Positions 29,377 through 39,548 of a stretch of DNA of 64,000 nt are shown piece after piece (within the stretch, counting starts at the first letter, position 1; the number at the start of each line of letters is the position of its first letter). The notes below the pieces were generated by a model that worked only from the letters and a program-made list of their open reading frames with translations, was not told where the DNA came from and did not search any database. Origin of the DNA: an uncultured Candidatus Saccharibacteria bacterium. GTDB taxonomy: Bacteria > Patescibacteriota > Doudnabacteria > UBA920. The translations under genes were made by a program, and so were the position numbers. Location: contig CAYVOF010000002.1 in assembly GCA_964453405.1 (NCBI GenBank), positions 10,825 through 74,824 of the forward strand, written 5' to 3'.

Positions 29377-31935
29377 CTAAACTGTCTTCTCTACTGCGCC
29401 TGGTCCAGCAGCCATCATATCAGCAACTTGGCTAGCTTCTAGGATTTCTGACTCAACTTCACTGCGTGGACGGCCAAATTTTAACCGCGACAGTTGACGA
29501 ATAGCCTCGGCAGTTTTCTTTTGCTCTTCATTAGCTTTTGGTAGCGGATAAGTTGCCATATTAAACGGTTTACTAGCCGTTCCCTTAATCATCAATTTTA
29601 CAAACGCGTTAAAGCGATCAACGTTTAATAAATCGAACTCGTTAAATGTTGGGGCAAATTCTTTAGCCATAACTTCACTGTCTTCTACACCGATACGGAA
29701 CGTGACCATACTACCAGCATTTCCAAACACCGCATCGCGAAGATCGTTACTTGCCGCACCTTGTGCACCCGCAGCTTGACCAAGCTGCGCCAAGAACTGG
29801 TGACCAATAATTAAGTTTAATCGATACTTACGGGCTTCACTTAAAATAGATGAGAAAGCATCAGTAATAAAGTTCTGGAACTCATCTACATATAGATAAA
29901 AATCTTGACGTTGATCTTCGGGAATATCAGCGCGCGACAACGCTGCCATCTGAATCTTACTAACCAAAATCAAACCAATCAGTTTGGCGTTCATTTCCCC
30001 TACTTTTCCTTTGGCCAAGTTCACTAAGAGGATTTTTTTATTATCCATGATGTCTCTAAAATTGAAGGCGCTCTTTGGCTGACCAACAATATTACGCATC
30101 ATGGAGTTTTCTACGAAGCGACCAACTTTGGAAACCAAATAACCCAACATTTCGGACTTATGAAAGTCGCTAGTTTTAGCCATTTCTTTTTCCCAAAAAG
30201 CACGAACCACTGGATCATTTAATTTAGAAACTTTGTACTTTTGGAATTCGGTGTCAGTAAAAATGCGCGGTACCTCGACAATTGTGCCTGGGTTTTGTTC
30301 ATCCGCCATCAACGTAAGCATGGCGTTGCGCATATTATGTTCGAACATTGGTCCAAGCATGGCAGGGTCGGTAACCAATTTATAAAAGATCGAGATCATT
30401 TCTTGTACAGCAAAATCTTTTTGACCTTCACTAGTCACTTCGAGCATGTTCAAACCCATTGGCCGGTCTGTATCGAATGGATCAAACAAAATTACATCTT
30501 CGGCACGCTCTTTTGGAATATGAGGTAAAACGTCTTCAATAAAATCACCGTGTGGGTCAATAATACAAATTCCGTCACCATTCTTAATATCCTGCACAGA
30601 CATGTACTTCATGATTTCGGTTTTACCCACACCAGTACGCCCTAGAATATACATATGACGACGACGATCATCGCGCGACATATGAATCTTAGTTTCTTGG
30701 CCACGATAAATATTACGACCTAATAAGATTCCTTCTTCTGGCAAATTAATTGGAGGTGGAGCTTTTTTAGATAGCAACCATTTGATGTTTGGTGTTTCTA
30801 AAAATGGTGTTGGGAGATGCCAAATGCTAGTTAATTCTTCGGTGTTTAAAATGGCTTTACGGCCATAACGACGATAGATGCGAAAAATATAATCTTTAAT
30901 AATACGTTTTTTGGCACGGCGCTTTACGCGAAAACCATTAAACGGCGCCATGTTGTACTGCAAAAATGAAGCTACTAAGTTATGCATATTAACTTTGGCT
31001 TCTCCAGGAGTTGGAGACGCAGTAATTAACCGAATGTTAGTAAAAAATCCTGGACGACTGGCTTTTTCTTCAAAGCGCTTTACCATTTCTTGCTGCATTG
31101 GGGTTAAGTTAATCGCCGAATATCGTCCCGATAAATCAGTGCGTTGCTGCATTTGATCTTTACTTAACTCACCACTTCCTAATGCACTGGTTTTTGCAGT
31201 ACTGGCAACTTCACGCGCAAAACGACCAAACGCACTCTTGGCAACAATGTTTGGATTTTTCCCTTGCTGAATTTCCAACGCCATATGACGTGGTCGGTGC
31301 TGCCAATGCTCGCCTGCGGGATATAAAATCATTTGAATCACGGCGCCGTCTTCATCGCCAAGTTTTGACATTGCATTAGTAAGGGAGTTAAGTGGATCAG
31401 TTTCCATGCTCTTATAAGTTCGGAAAGGATACATATAAGGTTTCGTAAGACGAAGCTCAGTTGCCTCAATCTGACCTTTGGCCGGAAAAGGATTATAGCC
31501 TTTAATCTCTTCGATAAAGGCATGAGGATACTGCGCCTGAACCTGCTTTTCAATTAACTCTTGTAGCTTGCGCGGGCAATTAATATAAAACGAAATCTTT
31601 TTATCAATACAGGCAATTTCGAAACTAATATATTCTTTAGGTTGAAAAAACCAGTTGTCATGACTTATACCCGAGAGCGTAGTAAATAACTGTTCCGCAA
31701 TACCAATTAGTAGTTTTTTCTCTTCATCTCGTTGATACTTTTCTTTATCTTCGCTATTATCTTTTGGCATTTGAATTTCTAAGAACACCCAATCTTTAGT
31801 GCGCGGCAAAATTACGCGGCCATAATACCAATGCCGGTGCAAATAATAAACCAGGAAAACCAAAAACACTATTACTAAAATTCCTAGCAATAGTGATGCA
31901 ATAATAATTGTATTAAGTTCTAATCCGAACGGCAT
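29377..31935 (-). CDS. VirD4/TraG/TrwB-like (HerA-FtsK superfamily) ATPase with N-terminal TM
   Basis: RHMYILGRTGVGKT, IDPHGD, LYVDEFQNF, SEARKYRL, HQ, GN.G motifs. Confidence 0.9.
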   Translation of the reverse strand: MPFGLELNTIIIASLLLGILVIVFLVFLVYYLHRHWYYGRVILPRTKDWVFLEIQMPKDNSEDKEKYQRDEEKKLLIGIAEQLFTTLSGISHDNWFFQPKEYISFEIACIDKKISFYINCPRKLQELIEKQVQAQYPHAFIEEIKGYNPFPAKGQIEATELRLTKPYMYPFRTYKSMETDPLNSLTNAMSKLGDEDGAVIQMILYPAGEHWQHRPRHMALEIQQGKNPNIVAKSAFGRFAREVASTAKTSALGSGELSKDQMQQRTDLSGRYSAINLTPMQQEMVKRFEEKASRPGFFTNIRLITASPTPGEAKVNMHNLVASFLQYNMAPFNGFRVKRRAKKRIIKDYIFRIYRRYGRKAILNTEELTSIWHLPTPFLETPNIKWLLSKKAPPPINLPEEGILLGRNIYRGQETKIHMSRDDRRRHMYILGRTGVGKTEIMKYMSVQDIKNGDGICIIDPHGDFIEDVLPHIPKERAEDVILFDPFDTDRPMGLNMLEVTSEGQKDFAVQEMISIFYKLVTDPAMLGPMFEHNMRNAMLTLMADEQNPGTIVEVPRIFTDTEFQKYKVSKLNDPVVRAFWEKEMAKTSDFHKSEMLGYLVSKVGRFVENSMMRNIVGQPKSAFNFRDIMDNKKILLVNLAKGKVGEMNAKLIGLILVSKIQMAALSRADIPEDQRQDFYLYVDEFQNFITDAFSSILSEARKYRLNLIIGHQFLAQLGQAAGAQGAASNDLRDAVFGNAGSMVTFRIGVEDSEVMAKEFAPTFNEFDLLNVDRFNAFVKLMIKGTASKPFNMATYPLPKANEEQKKTAEAIRQLSRLKFGRPRSEVESEILEASQVADMMAAGPGAVEKTV

Positions 31936-31979
31936 TTATTTTTTATTTTGGTTTCTACTTAACGAACTATTTATAATGG

Positions 31980-32333
31980 TTAATTTTGCAGATCGCCCAT
32001 TATTTTATTTACTAATTCCCTAGCCGAGCTACTATCATCAGTTTTAATATCATTTTCATCGTAGAGCTCCGTTTTAATATCTTCCACACGTTTTTCACCC
32101 GAAGCTATCGCTTCTATAATAGGAGGTTCTAAAGCTGATTCTATAGATAATTTAGAAGCATCCACTTGAGCAGGCGCCTCGGACTGCTCTATAGGGACTT
32201 CTTGTTCAACTGACTTAACTTGAGCTGGAATAGTTTCGGAAATTGAAGACTCAGCAACTTCTTGCATGCCAAGATTTTCTGTTGCTTTTTCCGGTTCAAA
32301 ACCTTCTGGAGTTTTTCGTATTGGGTCTGCCAT
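31980..32333 (-). CDS. Acidic hypothetical protein
   Basis: 117-aa Glu-rich ORF with TGGTATAAT just upstream. Confidence 0.65.
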   Translation of the reverse strand: MADPIRKTPEGFEPEKATENLGMQEVAESSISETIPAQVKSVEQEVPIEQSEAPAQVDASKLSIESALEPPIIEAIASGEKRVEDIKTELYDENDIKTDDSSSARELVNKIMGDLQN

Positions 32334-32370
32334 AATGTATAAATTATACCATAAAACGACTTAAAAATAC

Positions 32371-32408
32371 AAATAAAAAAGCGCTATTTTTTAATACAAT
32401 AGCGCTTT
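32371..32408 (-). terminator. Intrinsic terminator of the SDR gene
   Basis: AAAGCGCTATT...AATAGCGCTTTTTTATTT on minus. Confidence 0.8.
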
Positions 32409-32417
32409 AAAACTGTT

Positions 32418-33128
32418 CTAAAACTGATAATCTCTTGGGATAGACATTTCTTTAAAATATTCCGTTTGACTAACCACAGAGTCTACAATAACCCGAGCAA
32501 CCTTAGATGGATCTAAAAACCCATCAAAATTATCTTGCGGATTATTATCCCAAAATGGAGTTTGCATACCACCTGGCATAAATAAGCTGACTTTGATGTT
32601 GGATTTAAGTCGTTCGGATTCTAAGCCTAAACTCCGAGTGAACCCAACCTGAGCATGCTTAGTTGCAACATAAATCGCCTCATCGTCTCTGGCTTTCATT
32701 CCTGAAGAAGATGAAATCACAACAAACTGACAATCTCTATTAGACTTGAGCATCTCTCTCCAAACTGCATGAGCAATCAAAACAGAGTTACGAAAATTTA
32801 TATCCACCAAATGACGAATGGAAAAAAAATCTTGATCTGCAAAATCTCCCTTTAATAATGAGCCGGCAACCCAAAAAAATCTATCGATTGTCGGTATTGT
32901 TGGAAATTCCAGAATATTCTGACCCAAACGATCACAAATAACATGGATAGAGTGATCATTGCTTAGATCGCACGGTAAAAGCAATTTATCGTCATTAAAA
33001 AATTCAGTCTTGATTGAACTACCTCCTACTACAATATAATCACCGTTAGCTTGGCATTGGTTAACAATACTTGCCCCGAGACCCTTAGTCCCACCCAAAA
33101 CAAACGAAACCAGTCTATTATTCTTCAT
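32418..33128 (-). CDS. Short-chain dehydrogenase/reductase
   Basis: GGTKGLG, CDL, ISS, YVATK, PGGMQT; AAAGGAG SD; TTTACT-17-TAGAAT promoter (33191-33163). Confidence 0.9.
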   Translation of the reverse strand: MKNNRLVSFVLGGTKGLGASIVNQCQANGDYIVVGGSSIKTEFFNDDKLLLPCDLSNDHSIHVICDRLGQNILEFPTIPTIDRFFWVAGSLLKGDFADQDFFSIRHLVDINFRNSVLIAHAVWREMLKSNRDCQFVVISSSSGMKARDDEAIYVATKHAQVGFTRSLGLESERLKSNIKVSLFMPGGMQTPFWDNNPQDNFDGFLDPSKVARVIVDSVVSQTEYFKEMSIPRDYQF

Positions 33129-33189
33129 ATTAACTCCTTTTTGCTTTATTTTCTGATAATAAATTCTATCTCATTTGCAGATATTAGTA

Positions 33190-33299
33190 AAGTCCAGAGA
33201 TTTTGTTATAAAGCGAAATCATCAGCGCACAGCCGTAGCTCGCAAAGCGAGCGTAACGGCGTAGCGGTGCAGATTGAGCGATAACAAATCTCTGGACTT
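33190..33299. repeat. 110-bp imperfect palindrome (element P1)
   Basis: Arms AAGTCCAGAGATTTTGTTAT / ATAACAAATCTCTGGACTT with an inner GCCGT-GCTCGC-AAA-GCGAGC-ACGGC stem. Confidence 0.85.
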
Positions 33300-33300
33300 A

Positions 33301-33327
33301 ATAAAAAATCCTACAAAAGTAGGATTT
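33301..33327 (-). terminator. secY terminator
   Basis: AATCCTAC-tttt-GTAGGATTTTTTAT on minus. Confidence 0.75.
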
Positions 33328-33330
33328 AAT

Positions 33331-34608
33331 TTATTTCTGATAATCATGCATGGTCAGCTGCGCTTCGACCTGCTTAATGCTTTCGATTACTACTGCAACC
33401 ACAATCAGCAAGCCGGTTCCGCCAAAGGTTAAAGCTTTAGTACCAGTCCAAGTTTGCAAGATAAATGGCAAGATGGCAATCAAACCTAAGAATAAAGATC
33501 CAGGCAAGGTAATGCGGTTCAAAACTTTGTACAAGTAATCCGCAGTCTGTTTTCCTGGACGAATCCCAGGCACAAATCCCCCACTACGTTGCATGTTCTC
33601 AGCAACTTCATCAGGATTTACAACAATATTTGTGTAGAAATATGTAAACACCACTACCAGTACAAAGTAAGCGATGCCATACCACATACCTTGGTTGTTG
33701 GTGAAATCAATAGCGCTTTGCGCAAAGTGAGCAATCGCTGCAGTTTTAGCGTGTAAAAAGAACTGCGCAATAATCGCTGGGAATAACAGCAAAGAAATTG
33801 CAAAAATGATTGGAATTACACCAGCTTGGTTAAGGCGTAAAGGTAAGAATGAATTCACTCCCCCAACCTGACGATCACCACTCATACGTTTAGCATACGT
33901 AACAGGCACGTTACGCTGGGCCTCTGTCACTAGTACCACACTAGCAATAACAATTAAGCCGACGATAACGAATCCAATAATAGTTGGTAACTGGCTTGGG
34001 TCGTATAATTGAATCAACGAACCAATGCTGTTTGGTAACTGGGAAACGATTCCTGCAAAAATAACTAATGACACACCATTACCAATGCCGTATTCAGAAA
34101 TAATTTCACCGATCCACATCACCAACATTGTGCCAGCAGTTACAGTTAACAAAGTTAAGAACCATTGAAAAGGAGAAAATGTTCCAAGTAGTTCGGCACC
34201 ACCTTGGCTTTGTAATAAGCGGATGGTTCCAAAACCAGATAATACTGCTAAAGGAATAGTTAAGAAACGAGTGTACTGGTTAATTTTGACGCGGCCAGCT
34301 TCTCCGCTTTCTTTTTGTAATTCAGTAAGAGAAGGCACCACCATTGTTAATAACTGCATAATAATCGACGCAGTAATATAAGGACCTACTCCAAGCATGG
34401 CAATAGAAAAGTTCTTTAAGCCGCCACCGGAGAAAACATTTAATAAGTTTAAAAATTGATTGCTTTCAAAAAAGGCTTTTAACCCAGAAACACTAATTCC
34501 TGGAATTGGGATATGTGCCAAAACGCGAGTTAACAATAGTAAAATCACCACCATCATAATTTTCCAGCGGAGATCTTTAGTTTTCCAAATTAAACTAATT
34601 TTATTCAT
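33331..34608 (-). CDS. secY: Preprotein translocase SecY
   Basis: LGVGPYITASII, GIGNGVS, AGVIPIIFA, PGIRPG, GGTGLLIVV. Confidence 0.98.
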   Translation of the reverse strand: MNKISLIWKTKDLRWKIMMVVILLLLTRVLAHIPIPGISVSGLKAFFESNQFLNLLNVFSGGGLKNFSIAMLGVGPYITASIIMQLLTMVVPSLTELQKESGEAGRVKINQYTRFLTIPLAVLSGFGTIRLLQSQGGAELLGTFSPFQWFLTLLTVTAGTMLVMWIGEIISEYGIGNGVSLVIFAGIVSQLPNSIGSLIQLYDPSQLPTIIGFVIVGLIVIASVVLVTEAQRNVPVTYAKRMSGDRQVGGVNSFLPLRLNQAGVIPIIFAISLLLFPAIIAQFFLHAKTAAIAHFAQSAIDFTNNQGMWYGIAYFVLVVVFTYFYTNIVVNPDEVAENMQRSGGFVPGIRPGKQTADYLYKVLNRITLPGSLFLGLIAILPFILQTWTGTKALTFGGTGLLIVVAVVIESIKQVEAQLTMHDYQK

Positions 34609-34644
34609 ATTTGTATTATACCCGAATCGGGTTTATTTAGCACT

Positions 34645-35079
34645 TTACTTTACACTACCACCTGCGGCTTCGATAGAAGCTTTGGCTGTAGCGGACACAG
34701 GCACAGCAACTACAAGCTTACGTTTGAGTTCACCCTTAAGGATTTTTACCTTCTTTACACCATCATCAATGATGCCGTTAGCTATTAAGCAGTTTAAGGT
34801 TACTTCGGTGCCGTCAGCAAGCACATTTAACAAGTCCAATTTAACAGCAAACGCGTTTGGAGCCAAGCTCTTAAACCCACGCAATTTACCGATCTGGCGA
34901 ATCAATGGTTGACGTCCACCTTCAAATCGCGCTGGAGACTTAGAGTGACCAGTACGAGCTTTTTGTCCTTTAGCACCACGAGTAGAATATGTACCGTGAC
35001 CACTACCAATACCGCGACCAACAACTTTGCGGCGCTTTGTAGCTTTAGGGTGACGTTTTAATTGATGTAATTTAATCAT
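34645..35079 (-). CDS. rplO: 50S ribosomal protein L15
   Basis: GRGIGSG.G, GQKAR, FEGG.QPL. Confidence 0.97.
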   Translation of the reverse strand: MIKLHQLKRHPKATKRRKVVGRGIGSGHGTYSTRGAKGQKARTGHSKSPARFEGGRQPLIRQIGKLRGFKSLAPNAFAVKLDLLNVLADGTEVTLNCLIANGIIDDGVKKVKILKGELKRKLVVAVPVSATAKASIEAAGGSVK

Positions 35080-35097
35080 ATATTTAATGGTTGAGAA

Positions 35098-35174
35098 TAA
35101 ATTTATTTGCTAAGAGAACAGTTTGCGAGCGCACGAGCGAAGCGAGGAGCGCTGTTCTCGTGCAAATAAATTTA
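35098..35174. repeat. 77-bp imperfect palindrome (element P2) at the usual rpmD position
   Basis: TAAATTTATTTGC..GAGAACAG..GCGAGCGC..GCGAAGC..GAGCGCTGTTCTC..GCAAATAAATTTA. Confidence 0.85.
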
Positions 35175-35672
35175 GGCTCGACTTTTTAATATTTCTTCTT
35201 TGCTGCGCATCATTTTAAAAGCTTCGAAGGCAGCACGAACATTATTGGTCTTGTTATTAGAACCAATCATTTTACTAATTACGTTCTTAACACCAGCCAT
35301 ATCTAATACACTACGAACTGCACCACCAGCGATTACACCAGTACCAGGACGAGCAGGAATCATTAACAATTTACTAGACTTGTATTTAATATTAACCTGA
35401 TGAGGAATTGTATCGTTTACAATTGGTACCACAATCATGCTCTTTTTAGCCGCATTAACTGCTTTGTTAATAGCTTCGGTAACATCCATACCTTTTCTTA
35501 AACCAATACCAATTTTACCTTTGTGATCACCAATAACGATAAGTGCGCGAAAACGCATACGCTTTCCACCACCAGTTACACGGGTGACACGTTTAACCTC
35601 AACCAACTTTTGGTCGAATTCACGGGCCTCTTGGCCTTCTCTTGGATTGTTTCTACGTTGTCGTTTTTCCAT
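35172..35672 (-). CDS. rpsE: 30S ribosomal protein S5
   Basis: RVTRVTGGGKR, PGTGVIAGG. Confidence 0.98.
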   Translation of the reverse strand: MEKRQRRNNPREGQEAREFDQKLVEVKRVTRVTGGGKRMRFRALIVIGDHKGKIGIGLRKGMDVTEAINKAVNAAKKSMIVVPIVNDTIPHQVNIKYKSSKLLMIPARPGTGVIAGGAVRSVLDMAGVKNVISKMIGSNNKTNNVRAAFEAFKMMRSKEEILKSRA

Positions 35673-35686
35673 AAAATTAAATTAGT

Positions 35687-36040
35687 TTAGAATTGTAACC
35701 CAGCTTCGCGAGCTGCTTCTGCTAATGCTTTAATACGACCATGATACTTATAACCACTACGGTCAAATACTACTGCTTTAACACCTTTTGCTACTGCTTT
35801 GTCAGCGATATCCTTACCTACTAAGCCAGCTTGTTCAACTTTATTGCCTTTAGCTTTTAGATTTACACTTGAAGTAGCAGCAATTGTCTTACCAGTAACA
35901 TCATCAATAACTTGTGCATAGATTTGAGAGTTGGATCGAAACACGCTTAACCGAGGACGTTGTTCTGTACCGCTAATTCGGCTGCGAACGCGACCCTTGC
36001 GAAGTTTGTGCTTTAAAATTTTGTGCTTCTGTTGATTCAT
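35687..36040 (-). CDS. rplR: 50S ribosomal protein L18
   Basis: [22 protein letters not shown]. Confidence 0.98.
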   Translation of the reverse strand: MNQQKHKILKHKLRKGRVRSRISGTEQRPRLSVFRSNSQIYAQVIDDVTGKTIAATSSVNLKAKGNKVEQAGLVGKDIADKAVAKGVKAVVFDRSGYKYHGRIKALAEAAREAGLQF

Positions 36041-36060
36041 ATATTTAAATTATCTGGAGA

Positions 36061-36642
36061 TTATTTACCGACGGCTTTAACAACTTTACCTGCTTTACGC
36101 AAAATAGTTTCATCACTGTAACGAATCCCTTTACCTTTATAAGGTTCTGGCTTTTTTAATTCGCGAATATTAGCAGCAACTTGGCCAACTAAATGCTTAT
36201 CAATTCCAGAAAGAGTTACTGTAGTTTGGTACTGAGCAATAGTTACTTTAGCTGGGTCTTTTTCTACCTTAACCTGAATACCTTCTGGAATTGGAAAATC
36301 AATAGCATGAGAAAAACCAAGATTCAAAACCAAAGTTTGACCACGCATCTCAGCTTTAAAACCAACGCCAACAATATCCAACTGCTTAGAAAAACCAGTA
36401 GTTAGTCCATCAACCATATTCTGTACCAAAGCTCGGGACAATCCCCAAAGAGCTTTTTCTCGCTTGTCTTCTTTTTTAGCAACATCAACAGTAAGTTCGT
36501 TGTCTTTAAGCGCAACAAGAACCTTTGGATGGATATCCAACTCTAAAGTACCTTTACTACCTTTGATAGTGAGATGCTTGTCTTTAAGCTCGGCGGTAAT
36601 GCCTTGCGGTAAGATGACTGGTTTTTTTCCTATTCTGCTCAT
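36061..36642 (-). CDS. rplF: 50S ribosomal protein L6
   Basis: MSRIGKKP, PEPYKGKGIRY. Confidence 0.98.
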   Translation of the reverse strand: MSRIGKKPVILPQGITAELKDKHLTIKGSKGTLELDIHPKVLVALKDNELTVDVAKKEDKREKALWGLSRALVQNMVDGLTTGFSKQLDIVGVGFKAEMRGQTLVLNLGFSHAIDFPIPEGIQVKVEKDPAKVTIAQYQTTVTLSGIDKHLVGQVAANIRELKKPEPYKGKGIRYSDETILRKAGKVVKAVGK

Positions 36643-36660
36643 ATATGTATTATTTAAAAA

Positions 36661-37053
36661 TTACCAGACTTGGCAAATTACTTCGCCACCAATGCGATCT
36701 TTACGAGCGCGCTTATCTGTAACTAGACCTTTAGAAGTAGAAACAACTGTAATTCCAAAACCACCGTTAGTACGAGGAATCTTAGTCACTGGCATGTAAA
36801 TGCGCTGACCTGGAGTGCTCACGCGCTTAACACCAGAGATTACAGGATTACCAGATTGATCATACTTTAAGTTGATTTGGAGCATTTTAATGCGGCCTGG
36901 AAGTTCATTTACACCAGAGATAAAACCTTCTTCTAAAAGAACTTGAGCTAAGCTGTGTTTAAACTTAGAGTAAGGCATAACTAAATCAGCCTTGTTGCTA
37001 GCTAAGGCATTGCGGATTCTGGTTAACATGTCGGAAATTGGATCTGTGTACAT
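36661..37053 (-). CDS. rpsH: 30S ribosomal protein S8
   Basis: DPISDMLTRIRN, STSKG, GGEV. Confidence 0.98.
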   Translation of the reverse strand: MYTDPISDMLTRIRNALASNKADLVMPYSKFKHSLAQVLLEEGFISGVNELPGRIKMLQINLKYDQSGNPVISGVKRVSTPGQRIYMPVTKIPRTNGGFGITVVSTSKGLVTDKRARKDRIGGEVICQVW

Positions 37054-37070
37054 AGTAGTTTAGTTATTTC

Positions 37071-37265
37071 TTACCAAGAGGCTTTTGATACACCTGGAAG
37101 TTCTCCACGGCTGGCTAATTCTCTAAAACAAATACGGCAAAGGGAGAAGTCTCTCATAAAAGCAGCTTTTCGACCACACTTAAAACAACGACGAATCACC
37201 CGAGTGGAAAATTTCGGCTTTGTCAGACTTCTGGTTGCTTTTGCGATTAGAGATTTTTTTGCCAT
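37071..37265 (-). CDS. rpsN: 30S ribosomal protein S14, zinc-binding type Z
   Basis: RCFKCGR...LCRICFRE...KASW. Confidence 0.97.
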   Translation of the reverse strand: MAKKSLIAKATRSLTKPKFSTRVIRRCFKCGRKAAFMRDFSLCRICFRELASRGELPGVSKASW

Positions 37266-37274
37266 TGTTGTTAA

Positions 37275-37814
37275 TTAATCTTTGAAGGGAAACTTCATTT
37301 GCTTTAATAATTCGTAAGCTGGTTCATCTTTACCAGCAGAGGTTACAATCGTTACTTGAAGACCGAAAATATGTTCGAGAGCTTCTTGAGAAATTTCTGG
37401 GAATACTAAATGTTCTTTAAGTCCAAGGTTGTAATTACCACGTCCGTCAAAACCTTTTTTAGATACACCACGGAAATCTTTAATTCTTGGCATAGCCACG
37501 CTGATCAGTTTATCTAGAAAGTCGTACATGCGAGGACCGCGGATAGTAACAGTTAGACCAACTTGCTGACCTTCACGAACTTTGAATCCAGCGACCGACA
37601 GACGAGCCATAGTTTCGACAGGAGCTTGCCCAGCCAACTTTGTGAAGTCTTTTTTAATTGACTCCATAAATTTGTTGTCTTTGAGGAAACGTCCGACACC
37701 GATATTAAGGTTAACCTGTTTGATTTTAGGTACGGCCATAATATTAGTGTAACCAAATTGCTTTTGCAAAGCAGGAGCTATCTCTTTATTATATTGTGTT
37801 TGTAATCGGTTCAT
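37275..37814 (-). CDS. rplE: 50S ribosomal protein L5
   Basis: MNRLQ start at 37814; PRIKDFRG, FDGRGNY. Confidence 0.97.
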   Translation of the reverse strand: MNRLQTQYNKEIAPALQKQFGYTNIMAVPKIKQVNLNIGVGRFLKDNKFMESIKKDFTKLAGQAPVETMARLSVAGFKVREGQQVGLTVTIRGPRMYDFLDKLISVAMPRIKDFRGVSKKGFDGRGNYNLGLKEHLVFPEISQEALEHIFGLQVTIVTSAGKDEPAYELLKQMKFPFKD

Positions 37815-37818
37815 ATAA

Positions 37819-38142
37819 TTAGATGGCCTTTCCTGACTGCTTAGCAATTCGCTGCTTAGTGCCATTTTCTAAGATTGAATAACCCACGCGCGTTGGCTTG
37901 CCAGAGTGCGGGTCGATCAACTGTACCTTAGAAGAAGCCATTGCTCCAGCAAAGACAATCTTTTGACCAGGCTGACCTGCTCGGCGGCTGCGTTCAAACT
38001 TGGTGTGCATGTTGACGTTTTCGACTACTACTTTAGAAATAGTAGGAATAACACGCAACACTTTACCAGTTTTGCCTTTATCTTTGCCAGACAATATCTT
38101 AACGGTATCGCCTTTCTTAATTTTTAACTTGTTATTGGACAT
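37819..38142 (-). CDS. rplX: 50S ribosomal protein L24
   Basis: KKGDTV..GKDKGKTG KOW motif. Confidence 0.97.
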   Translation of the reverse strand: MSNNKLKIKKGDTVKILSGKDKGKTGKVLRVIPTISKVVVENVNMHTKFERSRRAGQPGQKIVFAGAMASSKVQLIDPHSGKPTRVGYSILENGTKQRIAKQSGKAI

Positions 38143-38162
38143 AAATATATTAAATTACTCTA

Positions 38163-38534
38163 CTAGATTACCTCTGGTGCTAATGATGCGATCTTAGCAA
38201 ATCCAGCGTCGCGGACTTCTCTTGGAATTGGTCCAAAGATACGAGTACCACGTGGTTCGCCTTTTTCTTTATCTACTAATACACCAGCGTTCTCATCGAA
38301 GCGAATGTAAGAACCGTCTTTGCGACGAATTTCTTTTTTAGTGCGAACAATTACTGCGTAGATCTTATCACCTTTTTTAACCTGACCATTTGGTGCGGCT
38401 TGGCGAACAGACCCAGCGACAATATCCCCAACTCGTGCAAAGCGACGTTTGTTTTTTCCGTTCACTGCGAACAAGTTGACGACTTTAGCGCCAGTGTTAT
38501 CTGCGATTTTAATGTAAGATCTAATTTGTAACAT
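38163..38534 (-). CDS. rplN: 50S ribosomal protein L14
   Basis: ADNTGA, FDENA, GTRIFGP, SLAPEV. Confidence 0.98.
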   Translation of the reverse strand: MLQIRSYIKIADNTGAKVVNLFAVNGKNKRRFARVGDIVAGSVRQAAPNGQVKKGDKIYAVIVRTKKEIRRKDGSYIRFDENAGVLVDKEKGEPRGTRIFGPIPREVRDAGFAKIASLAPEVI

Positions 38535-38589
38535 AAATTTATTAAGGGTTTATTGAATAGTTTAGTGCGGCTCACTGCCCGCGCCCGCC

Positions 38590-38886
38590 TTATTCTGTAG
38601 GCTTTACTTCTGGCTGACGACCTCCAACTGCGCCATCCTTGATAACAGTAAACTTTTTATCACGGCTCATCGGACGAATAGCCTCGATAGTGACCTTATC
38701 ACCGATCTCGCAGCTATTGTCTTCATCATGAGCTTTGTAGCGATAAGACTTAGTATAACTCTTATGGTACTTAGGGTGACGCTTTAAAATGTCAACCTTA
38801 ACCACGACAGTTTTATCCATCTTATTTGACACTACGGTGCCGGTCATCTGTTGTTTAGTAATTTGCTCTGTCATTTTCTTAGACAT
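38590..38886 (-). CDS. rpsQ: 30S ribosomal protein S17
   Basis: GTVVSNKMDKTVVV, HPKY, KAHDE. Confidence 0.97.
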   Translation of the reverse strand: MSKKMTEQITKQQMTGTVVSNKMDKTVVVKVDILKRHPKYHKSYTKSYRYKAHDEDNSCEIGDKVTIEAIRPMSRDKKFTVIKDGAVGGRQPEVKPTE

Positions 38887-38909
38887 ATAAATATAATTAG
38901 TTGCGCGGC

Positions 38910-39107
38910 TTAGCGACTAGCTCCCGAATTAGCTCTTAGAAAGGTCATGATGCGGGCGATATCCTTTTTAACCATTGAGAGTTGATTAGTGTTTTTAACC
39001 TGACCAAGCTTGATCTTCATCTTGAGGTTTTCGCGCTTTTCTTGCAAAGTTGTTAACTCCTTGCGCAAAGCTTCGACTGATTGTGACTTAACTTCTGAAT
39101 ATTTCAT
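38910..39107 (-). CDS. rpmC: 50S ribosomal protein L29
   Basis: KKDIARIMT; position between rplP and rpsQ. Confidence 0.93.
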   Translation of the reverse strand: MKYSEVKSQSVEALRKELTTLQEKRENLKMKIKLGQVKNTNQLSMVKKDIARIMTFLRANSGASR

Positions 39108-39108
39108 C

Positions 39109-39516
39109 TTATTGCTTGATTAGGAATTTAGTCTTTACGGGTAATTTGTGAGCAGCTAAACGCATGGCTTCGCGAGCAGCAACTTCTGGAACACCGTCCA
39201 TTTCGAACAAAATACGACCAGATTTAACAACTGCTACGAAGTGAGATACAGAACCCTTACCACTACCCATTACAGATTCGTTACCGTGATCAGTCATTGG
39301 CTTATCTGGGAAAATACGAATCCAAATTTTGCCACCACGTTGAACACTACGAGTCATAGCTCGACGAGCAGCTTCGATTTGGCGAGCAGTTACAAAACTG
39401 CCTTCCATAGCTTTAAGGGCATAGCTTCCAAAAGCAATAAAATTGCCAGAAGTTGCTTTACCTTTGTTATGACCGCGATGATGTTTGCGGTGTTTGACCT
39501 TTTTTGGAATTAACAT
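39109..39516 (-). CDS. rplP: 50S ribosomal protein L16
   Basis: [21 protein letters not shown]. Confidence 0.98.
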   Translation of the reverse strand: MLIPKKVKHRKHHRGHNKGKATSGNFIAFGSYALKAMEGSFVTARQIEAARRAMTRSVQRGGKIWIRIFPDKPMTDHGNESVMGSGKGSVSHFVAVVKSGRILFEMDGVPEVAAREAMRLAAHKLPVKTKFLIKQ

Positions 39517-39548
39517 ATTCTTGTTCTAAATAAACGTTATCTAATTAT

